Assembly: GCF_000181795.1 (NCBI RefSeq)
Contig: NW_003526941.1
Span: 5,126,035-5,190,034, forward strand
Length of the DNA stretch: 64,000 nt
Origin: Trichinella spiralis
Taxonomy: Eukaryota
Direction of reading: 5' to 3'
Shown here: positions 25,601 to 39,658 of the stretch, piece by piece
How positions within the stretch are numbered: position 1 is the stretch's first letter
Layout: each line of letters starts with the position of its first letter
The notes under the pieces: generated by a model
The model's database searches: none
What the model was told of the DNA's origin: nothing
Seen by the model: only the letters and a program-made list of their open reading frames with translations
Translations under genes and position numbers: made by a program

Positions 25601-28345
25601 ACTTCGTCACGGTGACGTCGACAGCGACGGGCAATTGTCATTAACTGAATTCATGCAAATTTTCGGTAATTCTTACAAAATCACTGAAATCACAACTCTA
25701 ATAATAACTACATGTGCAACACGTCTTGTTGAATTTCAAGGTCTGGACTCGAAAAGCGGTAAAAGACGCTATCAGCTAATCAAGAAGCATATAATTGAGA
25801 CCGGCACACATTATCAGTTGTTCTGCGATGTTGACCACTCGCTGAATCCATCATTACAAGTGAGGTGGTATCGTTATGATGTACCGCTTATCAGCGTTGC
25901 TCCAAATCATTTTCAGGTAGATGAATAAACAATTTCATTTTGCTGCTATATTTTTGAACAAAACAATCATTTTACCAGATATCTATGGACGGGTCGTTGT
26001 ATTTGACACCAGCCGAGTCAGTTCATCATGGAAATTTCACTTGCAAATTAGGATTTCACGATGAACAAGTTCAAATTCACATTGTCAATATTGTCGGCAA
26101 GTGTTCGATCAACAAACATATCCTTGCAAAAATTAATTAATTATCATTGCTATGAATACTTATCTTTTTGTGTTCAATTACAGAAAGACCAGTGATCAGT
26201 TTGAAGCCAAGTTTCGTACTGTTGAAAGTGAATGAAACAATTGAACTGCACTGTGACATCTTGGCTGGATATCCGACTCCGAAAATTCGATGGAAGAAAA
26301 ATAATTTGCCATTGAAAAGTAGAGTTAAATTTGAAAATAATATTAACGTTTCGAAATTGGTATCACATTTTCAGACCGTGGTCCAATGATGACTGTCACC
26401 GCAGCACAGATGGACGATACTGGTACATATCATTGTGAAGCAACAAATGAAGGCGGATCAAGTCAAGCTAGTTCATCAGTTGTTATTCGTTCTCAATTTG
26501 AGCAGTCCGAACGTTATCTCAGACACAGTAAAAAAAGTGTGAAATTGTGGTCAAAGCAACCCCTCTTTCCCCACTATTTCAGATAATAAAGACGATGAAG
26601 CAAAGTTTGCCGTTTTTTACAGTAATGGAGTGAGAATATTTTATGCTGAAGACTGTCAACTGCACAAAGCTATTCCGACCTATTCAACTGGCCTCGACCG
26701 TGAACATCTTTGTTCAACTGTGAATAATTCAACCGAAGAGTTAAAGCGAGCAACTACAGCGCAGTAAGCCAATAATCAAAAAACAAGAAGAAAAAGAAAA
26801 TCATAACTTACCTGAAAAAAATGCTTCTTTAGCTGTTATTGGAAAGATGCGGTGATTACCCAGCCGGCGTTGTATTTGTATGCTATTTTAGCGGGAAGAA
26901 AAGCTGTGGTGAAAATTAACATTTCCAACGCACGAATCGAAGAGGTCAGGCAATTTGATACTACTTTTACGTTGATTCTCTACTCATTATTCTCGTTGTG
27001 AATTATCCTAAAGAAATGAAATTAATTACATAAAGATAACAATAATAATTAACATACAGGTACTTCACACTGCTTTCACTCCAGAAAAATTGACATACAT
27101 CTGGTGGGAAGATACAGTTTGGGTAGAACAACGTGACGATGACAAAGCAAGCAAACTGATCGTTCAGTTGATCAAATCAGCATCTAGACCAATTCAACAC
27201 AGTCTTACATATGTTATTCCATTAAGAGAAGATGTCAACGTAAGATAAATAAATAAATAAATATAATAGGAAAACAAAGATAGTTTTTTAATTTTTCAAT
27301 TTTAGCCAGATCTGTTGTTCTTACCTGATGAAACGAAGACAAGTTATGGCTACGTTGGTCACATCAAGGAACAAGCATTGTACAAACTAAATTTGCATAC
27401 GATGAAAATTTCTAACCGGATTAGCCTTGCGCCATACGATTGTTCACCGTTGGCAGTTGCATTCTTGGGCGGAGGTATTATTGTTGCGCTTGTAGATTAT
27501 AGTAACATTATTCAGTTTCTTTCTTTTTATTATTTCAGCAGGGTTAGTAGCCGTTCGATGCGGCCGTCAGCATAATGCTAGTTCACCTGAGGGGCAACTT
27601 CTTCTGGACCATCTCAGCGATTCTGCACTGGCTTTTGACATTTCCATTCACGGTATACCGACCGCAACCGATGACGAACGATTCCTGCTGACCGTCGAAC
27701 CCAAACTGGGACGTTTTCTATTGCAAGAAATTGTTGGAAAAGGTATAAAACCCCATATTTCTTCTCTGAAATCTTCAAAACAAAACAATCAAATATCAAT
27801 ATTGAAGATTTCAAAGCTTTTGATATTTTCTTGTTTAAAATAGAATAGAGCACAATGAAAATTCCAATGCGCAAAGTTTCATAAGATTCAGTTACTTCTT
27901 TTTTGCAGAATTGAAGCTGAAAAAAGTAATCGACGAATTCTTACCCCTCACCGCGTGGACAAGCCACACGTACAACACTGACGATGGTGATCTGCTTTAT
28001 GGCTTATCGTCATTCAGTGACAAGCTGATTGCTGTCCGCTCGAACGCCACTAAGGTAATTGTTTAAACTTCGCTGCTTCAAAATGAACAAATCAAATAAT
28101 GAAGCTCAAACAATCGAATTCAGATTCAGAGACTTTTCAAAGTGGGCAAAGTGAAAAATCGCCATAATTCTTCAACATTCAAAGCGAACAGAAACGGCGA
28201 AAAGCTGATCGAAACCGACCGCCGTGGTCATTATTTAGTTGGAGCCGCTTCAAATGGCATTTTCGTCGTCAATCTGCATAACAGATCCACCCCCCGCTGC
28301 ACTGTACCACATCTGCGTGACGTGCAGATTCTCCTTTGGATTTGA
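22655..28345 (+). CDS. Follistatin-related protein 4/5-like (signal peptide, FOLN+Kazal, EF-hands, 2 Ig domains, C-terminal beta-propeller-like region); about 16 exons
   Basis: Exon 1 (22655-22723) is hydrophobic. DLCRTVFCNRGEECI...CKCITSC...PVCGSNGVTYPSRCHLHREAC (follistatin/Kazal); DVDSDGQLSLTEF (EF-hand); LHCDILAGYPTPKIRW...DTGTYHCEATNEGG (Ig); YGYVGHIKEQALYKLNL...LAPYDCSP matches the FSTL4/5 C-terminal region. Confidence 0.88.
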
Positions 28346-28793
28346 TTTCCCACCAGTCAGTCATACGGTAATAATAATAACATCTCAACAACAGCTTTCA
28401 GTATGTGCTGCTTAAGCTAATTATCATTATCATTATGTTATAAATAATTATCAAAATTACTATTATTAATAATAGATTGTTCTTCTTTTTCTTTTTGAAT
28501 TCTATTCATTGCTTGTTTTCTTTGCTATTCATCAGTTGCTATGTTGTACCGTTGCACTGTACCCTGCGCTTCTGAACTTTACAAGCTTGAATATTTTCCA
28601 AACACACATCAAATAACACTGACCTATCCGTCATATGAGCCAGGCAAAATTCGAAAATATGTTCAACTATTTACTTACTTCATTACTTCTTCTAGCTCTA
28701 TAATAAAGCAGAATAATGTAGAGATGTTGATGTACTGTAGAGAAATAAAATTATGTACAAAAAATAACAGATATTTGCAAATTCACCGACATC

Positions 28794-31700
28794 TCAAAGT
28801 TCAGCACTTTGATTAACAAAAAGATCCGGAACCGACAACAACGGAAAAGAGCCTCGCTTAGCTGCAGCAACGCCGGCATAAGTGCGACCCAACGGCATAC
28901 TGGTTGGCAGTGTTGACCAGCTGCCCACGTGTACGTTGTAAATCTCAACAGAGGACAGAGTCGAATGCCCATTGTCACCGCCGACCGCATACAATGAATG
29001 ATCTGCAACACAGGCACCTGAAGAAAAAAAAAATAAATTTCACTTTAGACTTTTCATCAGAGTCGAAAAAGAACACAGCTTTTACCCAAATTACGCCGGC
29101 AAGTTTCCATCTGACATGGAAGCATTTGCCATCCACCTCCATTTGCGTCGTACACTTCTACACAATTCAACACCGACGGACCGTCGTGACCGCCCAATGC
29201 GTACAATTTTCCATCGTAAACAGCAACGCCCGGACCACCTGAAAAAGAACAAATAAATAAATATTATTTGAAAAATTTGTAGCAATAATTTTTCATTTTC
29301 AATTTTTCAATCTTACTCCTTCCGAATTCCATGCTTTCCACAGTTTGCCAACGATTGATCCGCGGATCATAACGTTCCACTGACTTCAAGCAAGTCTTGT
29401 GTGCTCCATCAAAACCACCAACAGCGTACAATAAGCCTGAAATTAAACCAAGCCAGCAATAAACTTATGTTGGTAAAAATACAGTTCACATTTACAAGCA
29501 GCAACATTACCGTTATAAGCCACCACACCGACACTACTACGTCTTGTGCTCATAGGAGCAATGAATTCCCATTCTCTAGTCCTACGGTCAAGCATCTCAG
29601 CCGTGTTTAAACCAGTCGAACCGTCAAAACCACCGACCGCGTAGATCACATCTGTGAAAATAATACAATATTTCTTTCAGTAATCACTATTTAAATGGAA
29701 ATTTTCTAAATAATCATCTATATTCTGCTTTCTTGAGCACCATCTATAACAGCCGCCCCTAATGTAGAACGTCTTGCTAACAATGGTGGTCCTGAGTACC
29801 AACATCCACGCATCGATTCAAAATATTCGACGTAACGAACACGAGTCGTGCCATTAAAACCACCAATAACATAAATACGATCATCTACACTCGCTGTGCC
29901 TGCAATAAAACAATAATTACTTTCGTTGGAAAAAAAATATAATAATAGTATTATTAAAATACCAAAACGGCAACGCCGATTAGGCATTGGATTTAAGCTA
30001 TTCCAAGTATAATTACTGATGTAGAATATGTCAACATTACTAACAGCTCTCGGCACCTGACCACCAATGACGATAATTCCAAGAGTCTATTATACATATA
30101 TATATATATATGAAGTATGTTTTTCATTGTGCACTACAGAAAAAGCGAATCAAACTAAACAAACCGAATCTGTGCTGGCATACAACCTTCGAGGTCTGGC
30201 ATTGCAAGATGATGATTTTTCAAAAAGTAGATGATGCTTCAACGCGTCAATAATCAAATCTTTGCATGGCATGCTTGCTTTAACTAATTCATTTTTCTCC
30301 ACCTTAACCAAAATTCAAATTAATCATATTTAAAAAAATCAACTGCAAGATTTAAAATACCACATCAAACAGATACTGAATAGGAAGCAACGGCAATCGA
30401 ATGCACCGAAAAAGCTTCGGAAGATACGCTTGACGTCTTTCCAAATCATGCCTAGTCCACTTCATCACCGCTTCACATACCTTGAAAAAATCAAACGAAA
30501 AAATGTTCCTCTTATGAACTTTTTTTGAAATTATGGTCACTATCATACGTCACTTTCACATCTTGTCTTCAAGTTATCGCTACTGATTATCTGCAGCAAG
30601 TTCTCCAAAGACAGTGAAAGATACTCTTCATTTTTAATCACTTCACTAAAAACATTATTAAAGTCATCAATAAACAGAAGATAATTTTCAAAAACAAAGA
30701 CTTTTGTCCTATTTAATAAAATTCATGCACTTATGCTTAATTTTCATAAGTTTCACATGAACTGAAACATCAAATTTGTTAATTTTGCTGTTTGTTGCTT
30801 TTGTCATAAGTTTGCAATAAAAATCAAATTGTATATACTTTAACTACCTGTTTCGATGAATTACAATAACCATGTATATTAAATAAATAACTCTGCACAC
30901 AAATTTAACTAACTTAAAAAAGAAAGTAAATTAGCATAAAATAAAATTAATAAATACAATAAATCATTATAATGTAAAGATTACTATAAGGAAACATCGC
31001 AGTTTCATTGTAAATTTATGTTAAATTTATAGAAAAAATGTAAAATTACTTAAAATGTTGTTCACAGTAAACACGAGCAAAAATGCTGAGTGCTATGCAT
31101 GAATGATGTTCAGCAAACTCTTGAATACCAATGCAATTTGAAGGACTGAGCTGTGATTTCAAAAATTCGCAACAACAATTCGTAACTTCGGACATTTCAA
31201 GTAAATCTGCCGCAATGAGGATGTACTGAATATACAAAATTGTATAAAAATAAATAAGAAAATATTTCCTTTCTTACTTGAACATTTTCTGCGGTAATTG
31301 CAATTTCAGATGTGTACATGAAATTGACCAAGCTCTTCAAAGCGTCTGGTTCTACACCGTGGATTCGAATTTTTCCTTGTACGGCTTCGGACATGTTCGA
31401 ATGGAACATGGCTTTGAAATACGGACAAGCACTAGCCAAAATGACGCGATGTGCCGGAATTTCAACATCTGCACTATTCGATGACGAGCTATCTTCATAT
31501 GAATCTGCATTCAAATAGCTGGCAACCAATACAACATCACATAACGCTTTTTCACTGAAAAAATACGTCTTTTTCAGACGGCTTGAGTATAATTCAAAAT
31601 GATCGAGTAACAATTACTCTCTCAAAGATGTTAAGTTGTGTTTAAAATTTGTCCAATGCGATAAACTTCGAAATACCGCAGAATCTCTTGCAAATTCAAC

Positions 31701-32290
31701 TTCCGAAGCAATCTGGTCCTCTGTTTGGTCGTTAGTTGCTGAAAATAAAAATAAAAGAAAAAATAAAATAAAATAAAAATAATAGAAAATCACGAGTATG
31801 AATTCTAAACTTTAAAAAGAAATAAACAGAAGTAAATAATTATCTACAGGTAAAAACATTTCAAGCATCAACTGCAATTGATAAACAGTTACAACTTCTG
31901 CAAACTACTCAAATTTTAAATTTATGTTTATATATTTAAAATAAAACACATTCTAGTCTAATAACTTCAGTGTGATAACATATAAAACTGTAAATAATTT
32001 CAAAAATAAAATACACATATTATCCTAAAAATATTTCATTATATAATTAAAGAATCAAAGAGTTCTTTAATAACTGTAATAAGAATCTGAAATTTAATTT
32101 TTCATAATTCTGTAAAATAACATATTTCAAAAAATTCAAGTTTTTATGCTTTACGACAAAATATCATGCCTAATTATAACATAATGTAATCTTCAAAACA
32201 CCAGCATCAAAAAATATCATAGAATATTTAGAAAACTGAAAACAATAATCACTTACGTTGAGCGTTCAAATTAATCATTGATTTATTCAT
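28794..32290 (-). CDS. BTB-BACK-kelch protein (ring canal kelch / KLHL2-3-like); about 13 exons
   Basis: LCDVVL...IPAHRVILASACPYFKAMF (BTB), LSPSNCIGIQEFAEHHSC and VCEAVMKW (BACK), six kelch repeats (IYVIGGFNG, IYAVGGFDGSTGLNTAE, YAVGGDNG). ATG at 32290 followed by a gtaagt donor. Confidence 0.93.
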
Positions 32291-33112
32291 ACAATGGATA
32301 AAAAAGCAAAAACTAGAAAATCAGAATCAGAAATCGTTAAAAAAACCATTTTGAAGACCATATATTAAAAACGACAGTATACGGCAACAAATTAAAGAAT
32401 TCAAGATTGTTCGAGTATTCATTTTATGAATGGTTTTTATCGTCCATCGTGGTTATGTAATATTTGCTTAAACACGCAAATGTAATAGTGTTATATAAAA
32501 ACAGCTTTTAATTTTCATCGTAGTTATATTTCAAATTATATTGAAACGTAAAAATGGCTTTTGCATAATTATTGCTGCAATGAAAAACTGTTGCTGTACC
32601 TGATAACTTTGAAAATAATTTTGAAATATTTTTGTTAAAATAATTCGAAAAAAAGCATTTAATAATAATTGATCTAATAATTTCTCTTTATATTTTTTAA
32701 ACCACTTTCAATAATTTTTCGGATTTATATTATATTTTTACTCATAAATATTTATTTTACTTAGATGAAATTTAATTTTCAATAAGGATTATTGATTTTT
32801 TTATTTTTTTAATTTTACGTTAATAATTATCATAAATGCAAACATATTTTTAAAGTAGCTTAATCTTGATTTTCAATTTAGCATTACTGTAGCTATGTCA
32901 CGATCAGTTCTTTGTTCATTGTTGTCTGTGTTGTTTACGTCTTGTTGTTCATCGCGTTTAAAGTTTTGGTTATCAATTTTTAAGAAGTGAACATTCTCAT
33001 ATTACATTCTAACGTAATACTTACTCACTTTATCATTTCTTGGTATCAGTGTATCATCATGAACGCTTCTTTTCAGTGCCTGATTTAGTCTGACTTTACC
33101 CTAGCAAACAAA

Positions 33113-34826
33113 ATGAAAGTGCCATTTTATAATACTGTTGCCCAAGATGCCCTGAATGTTTTACAACAGAAGAGTAGTAAGTAACTGTTTTTTCATGTTT
33201 CATTTTGTTTTGTCTATTGTTTCTTGTATTATAACTGTTGTTTTAAAATTCTTATATGAATACGAATTTGCGGTATTTATATATTATTTATATCACACTA
33301 TATTATTTATTTTTTTGTCACGCCGCATAATTTGTAGAATGTATAGGGAACTTGAATTTTGGACTAATTTTTCTCCGAGCTATCTGATTGGTTGATGAAT
33401 TTTATTGGTTCTTCTTTCATTGGCTTAAAATGTTTTCCTGTGATTCGTCCACATGCAAATTTTCCCGATTTGCATATGACGCTTGCAATTTCATTGACGC
33501 ATATCTCTCGAAAAAATTAGCTAAGTTACTTAACATATTTTTATAATATTAACATTAACCTTAACATATAAAAACATAAGTCAGTTAGAATGCGATGGGG
33601 AAAATTTCTTCCAAGTTGAAGCAGTGTTAAAATTCTTTCATCAACGTAATTATATGATAGAACATATTTCGTATAAACATGAAATATTAATAATTTTGAT
33701 TTCAGTAATAATACGTACGTTCAAATAATACTTTTTGCTGTTTTTTAGAAACAGGAAGTTTTAATATTTCTTACTTATCCTCACCTGAAAGTTACCTGAA
33801 ATTGGAATCTGGAATGTACCATGCAATTTTGGACAATGTGGTCAAAGGTTACATGGCTGGGACCTATACGATACCTGATCAAAGTGAAATACAAGTTTTT
33901 TTAATTTTATAAAGCGATTGATTATTTTGATTTTGAAGATATCGCTATCAAGGAAAGTTGGAATACTGATAACTCAATTACCACATCAATGATAGTCAAG
34001 GATAGATTCGTGCCTGGCTTGACGTTGAAGGGCGATTACAAACAATGGGTGCATTCGAGGTGAGAATTTGAATTTTGTATAATTTTCCGACTTATTGATT
34101 CATATTTATATTAGAAAGACTAATATGGAATTTTCGGCGAAATATGCAAATGATTTCATCGCAGCGGATGCGCGCCTTCACTGCTCTTTATCATCGATGA
34201 AGTCCGAACTAAGTGCTGTGTGGAAGTAATGATTGTTTTTCCCTTTTTTCTTCATTCACTTCATTGATTCTTTTTCTTGCAGAATAGATAACTGGCTGCT
34301 AGGCTGTCAAGTCGGCATAGATTTACCAACAATGAACATGACGAATACCAACATTATGTTAGGTTACAAGTCTGGTAATTCTTGCATACAGACTTACTCG
34401 TAAGTTTTATTTAAAATAATTTTCTAAAAATTTCAATAAGAGAAAAAAAATTATAGGAATAATTGTACGGAATACGGCGGTATCATTTACCATAAAGTTA
34501 ATGAACGAATGAAATTGGCATCTTCTGCTGTTTGGAACTCAGAGGAGCCTGGAAGCACTTTTTCGGTCGGCATGGAATGCAAATTGACGCCCGAAACAAC
34601 AGTGCAAACAAAAGTGGCAACTAACAACGAATTTAGTTTTACCATCATGCAGCAGCTGAGCAGCGGTAATCATTCTTTTAATCGTGTTATTTCAAAGTTG
34701 ATGTTGTATTGTTTTTTAGCTTTAAAACTGGGCGTCTACTCAAAGTTCAAATTTTCAAATTTCTTGGATAGTCAACAACAAATAGGATTTGGAATATCTT
34801 ATGAGCAGCCGCACAGTTGTTGTTGA
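33113..34826 (+). CDS. VDAC: Divergent voltage-dependent anion channel (eukaryotic porin); 7 exons
   Basis: MKVPFYNTVAQDALNVL (N-terminal helix), IKESWNTDNSI, VPGLTL, NWLLGCQ, TEYGGIIYHKVN, FSVGMECKL, C-terminal beta-signal IGFGISYE; exons join in phase. Confidence 0.85.
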
Positions 34827-35140
34827 AAAGAATGAATTACGCTGTATCAGCTGAGAAGTGAAAATTGGATTCAGTCTAGCATATTTGTTTAGCCTTGTTC
34901 GTTTCCTCCCTCATGCTATACTGAATTGAAAAAAAAACTGTTTGAACAAATAATGAACGTTAGTTGTATTTTTGGAAAACAATAAATTAAATTTTATCTT
35001 CGGAGCATGTTGTATACAGTGTGAAAACAGCGATCAAACAACGACAGTGTATGTATATATATATATAATCAGAACTGAAATTTAGCTAGTTAAACACAGA
35101 AATAATGTAACTTTAACGTGATTTACCTCCAATAAAGTTG

Positions 35141-38100
35141 TTATGATTGCATGGTAGCATGAAGCCGTCGTCGATAACGCCAAGTTAATGCAAAGCCAAC
35201 TACTGCCAGCAGAACAATCGCCACAGAGCCGTACAGCACAGATCCAAGCTGCTTTGTCTGACCTCGACGGTTGTACTTGAAATGCACTGTCTGATTTACA
35301 GTAACCGTTTCCAATTGGTCTTCAGCCGCGTAAAGATGCTTTCGCTTGCGTTTTCCGCTGTGATTATTGTCATTTTCAACTGTCGGCTGATCATGCAACT
35401 GTCGCTCACAGTTACTCTATTATTATGGATGAAAATTATCAATGAAATCACATAAAATATATGCAAATATGCGTGTAAACGTACAAGTGGACAGTTGGTT
35501 TCACAAAAGTTAACATTGCAGTAGAGGTTCAATCGCTTTTTCCAATTCGATGTGACGCCACGAAATTCAGCTCTTTGCACCCGTCGATGATTGCTATAGG
35601 ATGGAAGAAATCTGCTCATAATTCTCAGATTGCTTGGACAGCTAAAAGATTATTTGAGAAAATAAAAAATCTACAGACATTTCACTACATTTTACCCTCG
35701 TTCATCGATAAGAATCATCTTCTGACCAGATTCGTACGCAATGCAAGAGGAGACAAAAAATGGTTGTTGAATTTCATCTCCTTTAACATAAAAAATTGCA
35801 TAATAATGCACACCTTTCTTTTTCAATTAATCTGTATGCATTATTTACTTTCTAAGCCGATCTCTACGAACAGCTGTTGTCCCATTTCTGCTTCCGTGAC
35901 AATATTGCCATCAGTATCGACAATACGCATGAATGCTTGCGGTATGCTGTTCTTGTTAACGACAGTTTCGCGAAACAATGGCATTGACGGTTTTCGAAAT
36001 TTTGCACTCTGAGGGGCTCTATAATTCAGAAAAATGAAAATCAAAAAAGTAGCAAAATCAACCACACAAATTTCTGCGCACCTGACGTCAACTGAATTTT
36101 CAATGGCGTGCTTAACCGGCCCATAACTACATATAAGCTTGTACATTCGATCTTTGGTTGTCCATACAACATCATGATATTGTAATTTAACAGTAGCTGA
36201 TACTACGTTTCCAGTCTATAAGAATAAAAATACCCGTTTAAGATACGTATCAGACAATGGAAGAAAAAAAGTTTTAATCACTTACTTCATAAGTAATTCC
36301 GCACTTTGACTGTCCAACAATTGGTAAAGAGATGTTAAACTGAAAACGCTTTTTCACATCAAAGTGACACTGTCTGCTACCGTTCATGGATACAACTTTC
36401 CCATCGAAAACGTGGTCACTTCGAAATTGAGCTCGCATTTCAGAACGTTCACACAACACTCGAACTAAATACACATTATATATATATATATATATATAAA
36501 TATATATTCACTGTAACATGCAAAAATGCTATAATAATATATTCATTAGTTTATTATATATTAATTCCTTCAAGCTTACCATCCATGCATTCACTGATTT
36601 GCATATAAGGCATAAGCTGAGCGCTGCTGTTGGGCAAATGCATCGTGATGAACGTATCATCCGGCCCGAAACGGCATTTTTGAGTTTGAATGTCGTAAAC
36701 AAAACTGCGACAAATAAAAGCTACATTTTGAAGACACGCAAGTCTGCAAGCCTGTTCATCAACAGTATGTTTCTCGTTGTAAGCCAGTGCTGGAGCTATG
36801 CCATGCTGTGAGGAAAATTCGCATTCGTTATAAGGCTCTAAAAATATTATTGTTTCAATGAATAGAATAATTAATACATTAATTATTTATGTATTCAAAT
36901 TCAAATAACTCAATCCTTACTTCTTTAATAACCATAATTAAAATGAACTTAAGAAATAAATAAGTAAACTTCATTTTGCACTTAAAATTTATTTTCTTCC
37001 ATATTTCGCATTAATTTATGGTAAATTAAATGTATTTGGAATACAAATCTGAACAACTATTTCAATTTAATTTAATTTTACAATGTTTTCATTTACTGTA
37101 GAGCCCTCTATTTTATTAATGCAATTCAAAATATTTCTTCCTATTCTTTTGAACTGCCCAGTGTAGATAAGGCCATAGCACAGAAACATCAACATCTAAG
37201 CTTGCATACTATACTGTGAGATTGGTAAACTTTTCGGCTACACACGACTAACTGCAAATATTTATCGGCTCACATACAGTATCAATAAATCAATCAGGAT
37301 CAATTTCTATTATAACATAAAAGTTGCCAAATTAAAATTTACATAAAATTCACAATTAGAAAAGAAACGTTTCGTTTTTAATATAAATAAATAAATAAAT
37401 AAATAAACAGCTTACCTGAAACACACTGATTTTCCAAATAGACTTCTTCAGAACGACCAGCATGAAAGTCGAATGGCATGCTGCGACGATCATATTTGCT
37501 GATATGACAATTTCTCGTTACGTAATTGTAAACCGCCGAACGGCACTGGAAATGATTTTCCATCGAGCACAACGTCTCACACATCGCCAAACTGTCCACA
37601 CGATGCACATCGTCAATGCGATCCAATCTGATAGACATTTTAGGCAATATGTCGAATCGCCACAGGCGAGAGCATCTTGGTGCACCTTTGCAAAAAATAA
37701 AACGATGCCAACAATTTTCAAGATGTACATTCAAAAAATGAAACCTTCCAATTACTTTGCAAACAAACTTTTCGAAATACCATACTATCATGGTCAGTTT
37801 TTAAATGTTTTCTAAATAAATCAGCATCGTTTCCAGATAAATAGCTATATTGGACACAGGAAAGTTGACGAAGATTCAGCACGTAGACAAAACATCGACG
37901 GTCATCTTCAAAAATAAAATGCCATAAATTTTAAATTAAAAAATTTAAATTTTAACAAATAAACCTAAACATGAATGATGACAATATTGAAAAAAGTCAC
38001 GACCCCCTTGAGACCGTTCCCGTCGAATTACATATGAAGCCAAACGATCGGACAATCTGAAGCCAACGTAGCGTTCAAAATCATCATGACATCCTATATG

Positions 38101-38221
38101 CAATAGAGCAAAATCAACCGTGAAATAGTGGATCATTTAAAAAAAAAATTAAATCCTTTCTCATACCTGCAGAAATGCCGAAATTTGAATAAAATAGCAA
38201 GATGAGCACTGACCAGAGCAT
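35141..38221 (-). CDS. PAN/Apple x3 + ZP domain transmembrane cuticle/apical ECM protein (cuticlin/NOAH/LET-653-like)
   Basis: Signal peptide MLWSVLILLFYSNFGISA; PAN domains (e.g. CETLC...FQCRSAVYN...C; CRLAC...FICRSFVYD); ZP-N VRVLCERSEM...FDGKV; basic cleavage-type site RKRKH; C-terminal TM segment. Confidence 0.88.
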
Positions 38222-39658
38222 ATCGACCCGCTACGCATCATTGGAATGGCATAAGTCAAGCAAAAGGTGGTCGATCGTCGCCGGCAAGTGTGATGAAATG
38301 AGTGATGTAGCAACTTTTTAAAAAAGCCACTCGAACTTTGCAGAGACTGAAAATCAAGCTTGCAGTTCAAAGAACTTTCCACTCATACCACTATAGTGCA
38401 GTCAATCACCTTTTCACACGGTTCCCGGCTTCTTTTCAGCCCACAGCCCACTTTTGACCGCGATAGTCTAGCGGGGACGTTCACCCAACTGTTTCCGTCC
38501 ACATACTGCGTTCAATTTATCCACCTGATTGTTCAGAAATTTCTCGACCCAATTCTTCCAATACCCCTCTCCACTGGCACATCCTCATACTTAATATCCT
38601 CTTTGATTTTAATTTTCTTCCTTCTTCACTTTTCATCAATTGCATTGCTTGAAATGGTACATTTCTGCTTTTTCCATTCATATATTATTGCTCAAGTAAA
38701 TTTTGTTGTATCAATTCCAACAACAAAACAACAACAATAATGATAACAATGCCAATGACTACAATAATAACAGCCCTGCACTGCAAATGTCGTTGGCATG
38801 AGGTGTCACCTCAAAAGATGTTACCTTGGAAGTTAAATGTTCAACCGGATCATATTCATGCTAGCCGTTTAACCTGAATTTGCCCATCCATCACAATTAC
38901 AACAATAGTACTCAATAATCGCCAAACATTGCGCAAACAATTATCAAAAACTAGCTATGCCATTCTTCAATAAAAGCAATAATGTTAGAGAAAAAAATTA
39001 AAATAAAAAGAAGGAAATTATCCATGGGTCATAGTTGAATAAAAGAATTGTCGTTCAAGTTTGCAAAGTTTGCATACAATTCATTTCATTTTGTGACAAA
39101 GTTCATCAACAGCTAAGAAGAACATTGTGAAAAAGCTGCGTCTTTCTATCACACTTATTGAACAATATGCAAATTAAAATTATGCAAAAACGATTAAATT
39201 CTGATGAGCCATTTTAAATTTGATCATAAATTCATTAACATTTACATAAAATTTGCCATGTTTCGTACGTCACATTTCAAGATGTACATCGAAGTGTAAC
39301 GTACTCTGCTTGCTCAGTGCTGCTGATGCTGCTGAAAATAAGACAAACACAAACCAAATATACATTAGCCAACAAAATAAAAAAACAAACAGATAATGAA
39401 GAAAGAGGAATACAACCCGATGCTATTAAAAAAATCCTCATAAACAACTCATAAAATTTCCCTTATCATTATCACATTCGCTATTATTACAATAACATTA
39501 TATATATATATGCTCATAAATAAATGTTGATTCATTTCATTATTCATAAAAGAAAGATTTGACTGAATTGTTAATTTTAAAAAAGTAAAAAAGTAAGTAA
39601 TGAATGTAAATAGTCAAACCTGGGAATCATTTTTCTAATCTTGATACACTGCGAATGT

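Noticed and set aside
38360..38800. 126-aa ORF and hydrophobic-looking repeats upstream of the PAN-ZP gene
   Set aside because: Low-complexity promoter/UTR DNA; the real signal-peptide exon starts at 38221.
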